A DNA stretch of 64,000 nucleotides from Klebsormidium nitens (taxonomy: Eukaryota > Plantae > Klebsormidiophyceae). The notes beneath the pieces were generated by a model. That model made no database searches. It saw nothing but the letters and a program-made list of their open reading frames with translations, and had not been told where the DNA came from. Shown one piece after another: positions 55,578 through 64,000 of the stretch. Numbering within the stretch: position 1 is the stretch's first letter; every line of letters begins with the position of its first letter. The stretch spans positions 1 through 64,000 of the forward strand of contig DF237112.1 of assembly GCA_000708835.1 (NCBI GenBank). The letters run 5' to 3'. A program made the translations under genes and the position numbers.

Positions 55578-58500
55578 CTAGTATACTCTTTCGAACGGAG
55601 TACTTGCGGGCCCAACATTTCCCGCCACCAAGTGTTCCCTTTCAACGACGACATTTTTCCGGTAAAGATTCTGGTCTATAGGGAGCCAGTCTTTGCTGTC
55701 CGCTCTATCAAGGCTCCGCTGCTTCAATTGTGAGAGCCAATAACAAACCCCGAAGAAGATGCAATGCAGTAACAACAACCCTGCGTACCTGCAAAACGGT
55801 CACGCGGAGTTTCATCCCATCCCTCGGTCTTTTCCTTACTTTGCACTATACTGCAATTGCGGCTCCAAGCCACAGAACGCTTCAAAGGAATCATGCTCAC
55901 AATTCTAGATAATTGGATATCGGAAGCAGCACGAATGGGATGTTTGCTTAAAACAATGCGGAGGTGCCACTTTCGGAGAAGCTCTTAAGCACATCGTAAT
56001 CCGCAGAATAGAGCTGCTTTCATCTTCAATGCTTCTGGACAATCCCGCTTACCAAAGTATCGACGTCGGCTGCCGGTACTCGAGGAAGAAATAGGTCCAT
56101 CTGCACGACAAAAGCGACATTTTGTTTTCTCAGATTCGCCGTTGGAATCAACGAAAAGAACCCGAAAGCACAGGAATCAGCGGGATCAAAACGGCAAGGG
56201 CCACGGCCTTGCTGTTCTGACGTCCGGAAGACTCTTCTGAACAAGGGGTTTCGACACTGTCCGATCTTAAGATGGCCCGCTCGTCCTGATTGTCTCTGAG
56301 ACGGCATGCTCGCACATATCACCATGCCGTGTTGCAGCTTCCGGTAACGACAGTCTCGACACGATTTTGAGTGCAACAGTCCCCGATGAGACGGCTGAAA
56401 TGGTGATGATTTTATTCAGGCCCGTTCGAAGTAACCCGTTCCGAATGGCCAATCCATGATGCAGCCAAAAGGCAGATAGGACAAGTTCCGGCGACGACAG
56501 ACAGATCAAAGAACTGGATATTGTGGCGACCCAGCAGCAGAGCATGGTGAACATCGCCCAGGTTGCGACACTCACTTTGATCCCCATGGGTGGGCTAACC
56601 ACTCTAGAAGAACGTACAGGCAGGCCCAAATAACGACGTAACTCATCCGGAATACAGGGAACGCCTGCGAGAAAGCCTTTGTCAGCTGAATATGGAAGTT
56701 TCTCCGACACTTCGCTAAATTTTCTCAGATGCTCTTCAGGCGCATTGGTCGCTTTGTAAGGAGCAAACACCTCCTCCTCGACCATGAAATTTACCTTGAC
56801 ATTCATCTATGTCGCTTTAAAATAAAGCGACCCAATCAGTTCCATCTTTCGGTGCAAACCCGACAATTGAAAAGCGGGATGGATCGCCACGCTTGACCGA
56901 GATCGAACGACGCGTTTCAAAAGTAGGTAGTAAAACTGACACAAAATGCCTCTAGGGTCAGAAGCACTTTCAGGCCGCGAATCGCTCTGACACAATCCCA
57001 GAACGCTGATTACCAACCGGTTGCCCTACGACCAAAGAAAAGTGCGGGGACCTTGGGGATCGGTGGGTCGCGCAAGGAGCTAGGCGTCTGGTTGATAGAG
57101 CCGACCGCGCGCAGTTCTGTTCCACACGGCCCATGTCACCCTTCTCGCAAATAGAGCTGAGAGAAACTCGGAGCTCCTTTCCAGCTTGAGCGCAACTGTG
57201 TGTTGACGAGAACCGTAAAAATTCTGTCGACGGCTTGCGACCACATAGTCAAAGATATGAATACAACATCAAAATCCTCTCAACACGTTTGACGTTTCCT
57301 GTTCCGTAAAAGAATACGCATGAACACCTTACCATGCTGTTGAGCCAAAACTCCCCCGCCATCGCAACAGCGTTTATGATGTGCTCGTTATAGCTCACCT
57401 GCAGGACAGGAACAAATAAACGCCAAACTCAGGTCACAAAACACCGCCAGCTCGGACTGACGACGCACGCCCATGGCTTGAAAGCAACACATTTGTTTGT
57501 ATACGGGAACAATCTGTTGCGCGGCACGTTATTAGAACGGTTCGTTTGTTTCGTTGATGGGTGGTTTCATTTTGCTGTAACTAAATCTATACCAACCAAC
57601 CAAGGGCGTAGATTGGAGAGCCGCTCTAAGCGCCTTCCTTGAGAAGTCCGCTAGGCGCCTTTCATAAAAGCGGTCTGGTCTTACGTATATTGTTCCATTG
57701 ACTCCGTTTTTCAGTTCTCAGGTTCTCAGCTTTCAGTAGCAACAAACCGTCACCTCCGAATGCAGAGCGGATGTATTTGCAGCTGGCAATAAGGCCCCAC
57801 TTTCGAGAGCCAGAATTTTGCCCATTCAGCCGCGACAAACCAGTCGTTCTTGACTTCAGCACAGAGAGGCTGCTCTCTTTGAAGCACAGAGAACTTACGA
57901 AATTCAAAATCTCGCTCGTCCGCCCCTCTTCCACGGAGACAGGGAAGAGGACCAGCCATAAGACCGTGTCGACTAATAAAACCGAAGAACTGCAGGTCTG
58001 CAAGATCAGAAATTACGGCTTTGTCAGCTACTACTGCGTAAATTTCAGAGTCACCGAGCCAAGACGGAGCTCCCGATCGGGTCAGAAAGCGCGGCTCTGG
58101 TTGGCTACTACTGCCTTTGATAAAATGAACCGCCGCTTTGGCCCGCGCAGATGCGGCTGCTTCCAGTGGATACAGGGAACCCAAACATGAACGATAGAAC
58201 GCCAACCCTTTCGGGAGAGCGAGAATAAACTCAAAAACGTGTCGGAGAGAGTCAATACATTGCTAACTTTCGGAGAAAGCTAAGACTAGGCTTCAACAGC
58301 CAGGAGAATGCTACGCCTCCCCAATGTCCACTCACTCTTAAAGTGCGCGCATCCTTTGCCACCTGTCTTTTCCAGAACGTAGACTTATGGACCATCAGCA
58401 GAACACACTTTACCAATCCAATTTGAGCTACGGAAAGTAGATTCATCATTCAAAACAAGCTCAGCGGCATCTCACCTGGAAGAGTATCTGCACTGCATAT

Positions 58501-60642
58501 TCCAGCACCCCCGCATCATCCTCTGGTCTCCTCCTGGGCACAGCCCCGCCTTTTGCCCCAACCCCATTTGGAACCTTCCTTCCATTCGGCTGGCCGAGGG
58601 GCCGCCGATCCTCCTCCTCGTCGCTTGCCCAAATATCCTCTTCGTCCTCTCCCCTGCAAGTTAATGCGCTTCAACTTTTACATCTTGAGGATGCCTCTCT
58701 TTTGGTGATTGAAGCCGCTGACGGTTGTCCCTTTCTCGCCTTTTCCTGTTGAGTTACGGGCTTCGGGACTCTCGTTCATTTGTCAAGATACAAAAAGCAC
58801 CTTCGAACGTTTCTAGCCAGGTAAGTGTAGTAGCCACAATTGTGGGATTCCCCCTGTCCCATTCAGATTTGAGGCTTTTCTGGCTATGTGTGCGCTTCTC
58901 GGGGCCCTAAATTCAAGGGCTTTGCAATTCTTGCTTTCTTCACAGAAGACGAAAAGAACATTCACACGTTTCCAGCCTGGCTATTGAGGAGCCAAGCAGT
59001 GTTACTGCCTCCTCGCATCCCCTTCGGACTTCTCTATTGCTAAAGACTTGACTTTCGAGACTCTGTAATGGATTTGTGCTTGTTGATGCCCCAACAAGTG
59101 TCGTCCTCCTCCTTTATCAGGAAAGACCCTTATTCTCTCACATTCTTTAACATGTTCCGTCTTGATGCCGAATGTTGCAGGAGCCACAACTGTCTGCTGA
59201 ATCAAGACGCCATTCAATCTTCTCTCAGCTTCCGACGGGTTCTGCAACTTGCAATGTACCTGCGGGCAAGCTCAACGTCGCCCTCTGCACCCGGAATCTG
59301 CATCTCCCGCACCTCGTTGTGCTGCTTCCCGGCCCGGGACCGCCACAACTCCAAAGAACTCACCAAGGTCCCACACTGCATGGTACCAAAGAAAGTGCTA
59401 ACTTGTATGGTACCAAAGAAAGTGCTAACTTGTCTCATGTGTAATTCCTTCTTCGCTCCTTGTCTATGGACCGACAATTTGCAGACACCTATTCTCCTAT
59501 TCTCTCCTCCTTATGCAGGGGACATGGCAGTCGCGGAATACGACGAGGTTACATGGCAGAATCAAGAGTTCAATGGGGAAAGCTTGGCTAATGAAGCAGG
59601 CACTGCTCATCAACCAAGGCACTTCTGCTAGACTTGCTTCTTGCAGGCTGAAAAAAGGTCTTCTTGGAACTGTCCGCCTATGTAAGCCAAGGAAACCTCA
59701 AGGAAGCATCGTTTGGGGAATCAACAATCTGTTGCGTTTGGAAGGGACATAACAGCTACGTTTGAGAATAGTAACTCTCCCTGGGCTCAGCAAAGATGGT
59801 GGAGTCAAAGGCGCTTTGAAGCCCCAGGGGCGAAATGAAAGAAAAAAATCACTAGCTCACTGAGCGATAGGCACCCTTCTCTTTTGGAGAAGGCAAGCAT
59901 GACGTTCTTGAGAACCACCTATGACGAAACCAAGTCTGCTTAGAGCGGAAATTACCATTCTAAAGAGGAATATATACAAATAGACACTCGGTGGAGGAAC
60001 CAAGAAGCGACTGGCGCTCACCAAGAAAAAGATGATGACCAAGGAGAAGTTCCATCTGTAAGAGAGGCAAGATCACTTGAGTTCTTGATGCAGCTAAGAG
60101 TCTGTCATTTTACCGTGAGCTTTGTCTATCAGCCTCTGTTTGAACATGGATCCATGATGATCTCTATAAAGTGATGGATTGATATGAGTTGTGCTGTTCC
60201 AAGCTACACAAGTAGTGGCCGACCACCTTTCGAGTCAGCCACGTCAATCGATGAGCTGCTTACAGCCCTGATAGCACCAAGAAATGATAACATTATGCTG
60301 ACTATACCAGCAGAGGGGAACGTAGAGCTCTATCAGACCCTGAAATGACCAAGCTGTACATCAATTTAACCACCACCAGGACAGTCAAATCACTCACTGT
60401 GTGTACCACAGGAATGCGGACGCCCCGTGCCAGCTCACGTCATAGCAGTCCACGCCAAAGAAGTACACCAGCCAAAAGGCTCTGTAAATCAACAACCATC
60501 GCGCGTTGTAGTGCCCGCTGCGTGCTTGCCAAATTCGCTCCCGCTCAAGCCCCTGCCCCTCAAAGGCGACGATTACAAAGACAGATGCGAGGAAGACGAC
60601 CCCCAGAAGGATGGCGCACAGGATGGCCGGCCACAGGGCCAT
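55578..60642 (-). CDS. Rolling-stone-like multi-pass membrane protein (plant AT1G10660/AT5G62960-type family)
   Basis: Nine exons join to give WLLIYRAFW..FLWYTQ|WNFSLVIIFFL|CGTLVSS..|..EYAVQILFQ|TCSSSVLLVDTVLWLVLFP..LNF|VSYNEHIINAV..WLNSM|AFPVFRMSYVVIW..LEWLAH|WTYFFLEY..ILW|YAGLLLLHCIFFGVCYWL. Confidence 0.88.
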
Positions 60643-62409
60643 CAGTCCTGCTGGACGGAGAGAGACGCTGCATCTAAAAAAGTTTTGCTGCGATCAAGAG
60701 AACAACCTGCTTACCACAGCAACTACGCAGGGGGGGATGAAATTCTGCCAGATTCCGCCCTTTTGTTTGAAGATCCCACCAATTTAATCGCCGACTTTTG
60801 TCATTGAAGACTGGACCCCCTTTTGCTCTGTGCTGTGCTTTAAGTTTCTCAGCGCGAGCGCTCCCATTGCATGAAGCAAAGTGCTTTTTGGACGGCATCG
60901 CACCGTTTGCGTCCAAGAATCACAATGCGTTCTGTCCGATGTCCAAGATGCAGGCGTCACTTCTAAACCTTTCCGCGCGCGCGTGGTCGGGTGACGTTGG
61001 GTGACGTCCATCATTGACGTACTCGGCTCTGCATGCATGCAACTCCGGCTGAGTGGGCCGCCGGCCGAAATGAAGCGCGCCAGCCCGCGCCAGCTTCAGG
61101 ACGCGGCCGCGCTTTACGCCATCTGCGCTGCAAATCCAGTCAACGCTGTCCAATCTGCAGCGCCCTCGGCAATGCTTCAGACGTCTCGCGGTCCAGGTCT
61201 CTGCAGTCTGCAAATGCGAAGAACAATATTCGAGTCAGAGCAGACATGCATTTCATGTAGATTGAATTTGATGGCTGCATTGCTCAGGCCTCAATATATG
61301 TGACTCTGGATTACCAGATTCGTAAGCAGTGAGGATCTGACCATGCCAGAATGACGCTTACTCTTCCAAGCGTCTTCTGATTTTCTATTTGGCGTCGACT
61401 GCCGCTCACATAATCTCGCCTGATGTCAGCCGTGAGAAACTTCTGACATTGGACGACTTTGTTGACTCTTCCCTCGGGGAGGCTCCACCACTTGGCTCAG
61501 GGCAAGCCTGGAATCAGTCATGATGATCGTCGCACCAAAATGATCTTATGAAGGGCGCCACTATCTGCTTTCACGAGGACATTATACTGAGACGTAAGGG
61601 AGACAGGGCGCCACATCCGATTGCTGATTGAAGACGGTGGCTGCTTCACTGGTGTTGTCTTCTTCCCCAATAACGATGTAGGCTGCAAGCAAGCTGGCGG
61701 CAATGAGGAAGGAAAGCATGGAACACATTGCGATCGAACGTGTCGAGAAAAGAAAAGAGTGCCAGTCTAGGATGTAGGATTGCGGAGTGATGCAATGATG
61801 CAACAAAAAGGATTCATTGGCGGATCCTAATGGTGCAGACGAAGGTGGTCTACTGGTCAAGACAAAGAACTCTGAACAATGTGAGAAAAGCAGATTGGTG
61901 GTGCTCGATCAATGACGAGGGACCTTACGAAACATGGCGAATTCTGAATCCCAGGAATTTCACAAAGATTGGATCAATGAGTGAGTCCAATGCTGATGGT
62001 GATGCTACAGAGGCTGACAAGGCGGTGACAAGTGCGCCTAGGCTTTAGAGCTTTCTAATGAGAATGAAAGAGAGCGGGGATATGCACCAGCCTCGAAACG
62101 GTCTGCTCAAAGCAGACATTAGGAGTAGCCAGGAGGTGGACACTCTTGCCAGTCTGCTTAGACTGGTGTAGGCTATTGTAGAAAGCGTGATTTGTCCAAG
62201 CGATGCCTTTTGAAATTTCGTGGAAACTTCTGAGAAGCTGGCTAACTTCTGGTAATTGCAGCCTTAGACACTCCTCCTAAATCGCGGATTGCAAACCTTC
62301 ACCGCTGGGCACAGCGATAAGGAAAGATTCTATAGTTGGATAATCCAGCAACTTTAGAGTCCATGATTAACCGTGCTTTTCCTGATGCAGACTCTATGAC
62401 AGCACTAGA

Positions 62410-64000
62410 ATGGCTTCAAGGGACGACTTTGCAAACGCGAGTGAAGTGGTCAAAGGGAGCGTCTACTTTGCCGTGCTTCGAAGAGCAGAATTTGCGAGGT
62501 GCTCTACAATCGCATCTTCAAATGTCCTTCTAAACCTCGAGTCGGACCTTCCGCATCTGGTGAGCAACTTGATCGACGAGATCTTGCCAGACATCTACAC
62601 TGGCGCCCTGCATCAAAAAATTCAAAGAGCACTTCGTAGTTGATCGCCTTTCCTGTTTAAGGTTTGAATTGTCTTCGTCAAATCATTACTATCCTCGATC
62701 CCTATGAAAGCGGGCACAGAATGGTTGCGCCTGCAGCAGTAAGCAAGAATTGCATTGGCTTTGCGATGTCAGCTCCAGATTTGACTTTCCACTTGTCTAC
62801 TTCCAGGTGTATGAACCATTTTGTGACGATTTCGGGCCTCTCAATCTTGGTCAGACCTACCGCTTTTGCTGGAAGCTCGAGACTCTTAGACTAGAGGCTT
62901 CGAGGCTTGGAAAGAAGGTATACTTCTGGACAACACAGGAAGCGCAGAGGAAATCGAACGCCGCTGTCCTGGTAAGCGCGCCCAAGCTTATCAAATGCTT
63001 TGTTTTCTTGCATACAGTCAGACAGCCTGATCTAGATAAACTGCTCTCATACCAGCTTCGATCCGGTTGAAGCCGCTGTTTGACATAAGCCAGCAACGTG
63101 TAAGAAGGTGGTTGTCGCGAAGACAGCCCTTTGATCATTCAGTGGTTTGGTAATCCTCACAATCTCTTTTTTGCAGCTCGGAGCGTATTCCGTCCTCATC
63201 TTGAGCAAGTCTCCTGAAGAAGCCTACAGCTCCCTTCTCCCATTCCAACCATTCCTGCCTTTTCGGGATCCTACGACAGGGCCTTCGACGTACCATCTGA
63301 CGGTCTACGACTGCCTCTGTGTAAGAACCTTTAAAGTTGAATGTAGTCGAAGATTTGATGAAGCATACCTTTGTGCATCCAAGCCGGGGTGCTGCAATAA
63401 GAGCGGACTACGAATCAAACGCCCCATTAACTTTTTCACTACTGATATTGCAAACCGAAACCTAAGGTTTGGTGTTTTGTTATGGGTATGTGACTTTCCA
63501 TTGAAAAAACTTGAAGCAACGGACTCTCAGCTCAAAAAGTCCAATCCTAGAGGACCCTCTCTTGAAATAGCTAAGCGGAAGCTGCTCTTGTTCGCAGGCG
63601 TTGCAAAAGGCAACAACCCTCGGATGGATCGAATTCAGAAACTTCGACATCAGTCACTATGAGCACTTTGAACAGGTGAGCGGGTGACTGCCAGGAAAAA
63701 GTTTGATTTCTATCAGGCAGACGCAGACACTCCTCGAGAATGCAAAGGATTTTGTCTTCGACACTCTTTCTGGCTCATCTGGTCTCGAGGCGCATAGTGA
63801 GTTCTAGGAACCTAGCTCTCCAACGCGGACTCATATGTGACTGCAGGTGGAGAACGGAGATCTGAACTGGATCATCCCAGGAAAGCTCCTCGCTTTCAGC
63901 GGACCCCAGGCCAAAAGGACTGAGGTGCGCTTTCCTTTTTGTATCAAACTCTTCATGGCTGAGCAGACGGTCTAATGGCCTGCTTCGTACCGTTTACCGC
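62410..64000 (+). CDS. CDC14: CDC14 dual-specificity phosphatase, 5' part (continues beyond the window)
   Basis: [23 protein letters not shown]..., [28 protein letters not shown]|[26 protein letters not shown] and [20 protein letters not shown] are hallmark CDC14 A-domain/B-domain motifs. Confidence 0.92.

Noticed and set aside
56267-56806. 179-aa ORF with 'LRRYLGL', reminiscent of a retroelement RT
   Set aside because: No other RT motifs. The region is explained by an exon of the rolling-stone-like gene in another frame.
57750-58205. 151-aa minus-strand ORF
   Set aside because: Overlaps a real exon in a different frame plus intron sequence. No recognisable motifs.

Overview
Eukaryotic, intron-rich genomic DNA. 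The gene content (plant-type eIF4G, GT14/DUF266, rolling-stone-like protein, CDC14) suggests a streptophyte green alga, possibly Klebsormidium-like; this is inference. The left ~7 kb is an intronless, virus-like module: an MC1-like DNA-architectural protein, two tandem tyrosine-recombinase-family genes (one broken at the catalytic Arg position), a prim-pol/Zn-finger/SF3 helicase fusion and an origin-like iteron plus AT-rich segment. No capsid gene is visible. It abuts a spliced KDZ (Kyakuja-Dileera-Zisupton) DDE transposase with SWIM-like fingers (6926-~12900). The rest is host genes: a YtqB-like rRNA methylase, an ~18.6-kb eIF4G with a long charged single-alpha-helix insert, an intron-containing tRNA-Ala(UGC), a GT14-like Branch-family glycosyltransferase, a modular secreted Cys-rich/PT-rich protein, a rolling-stone-like membrane protein and the 5' part of CDC14. 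A recurrent feature is that many introns hold degenerate tandem copies ('echoes') of the neighbouring exon edge and splice site. Exon structures were assembled by hand and family calls come from remembered motifs; no database search was run.
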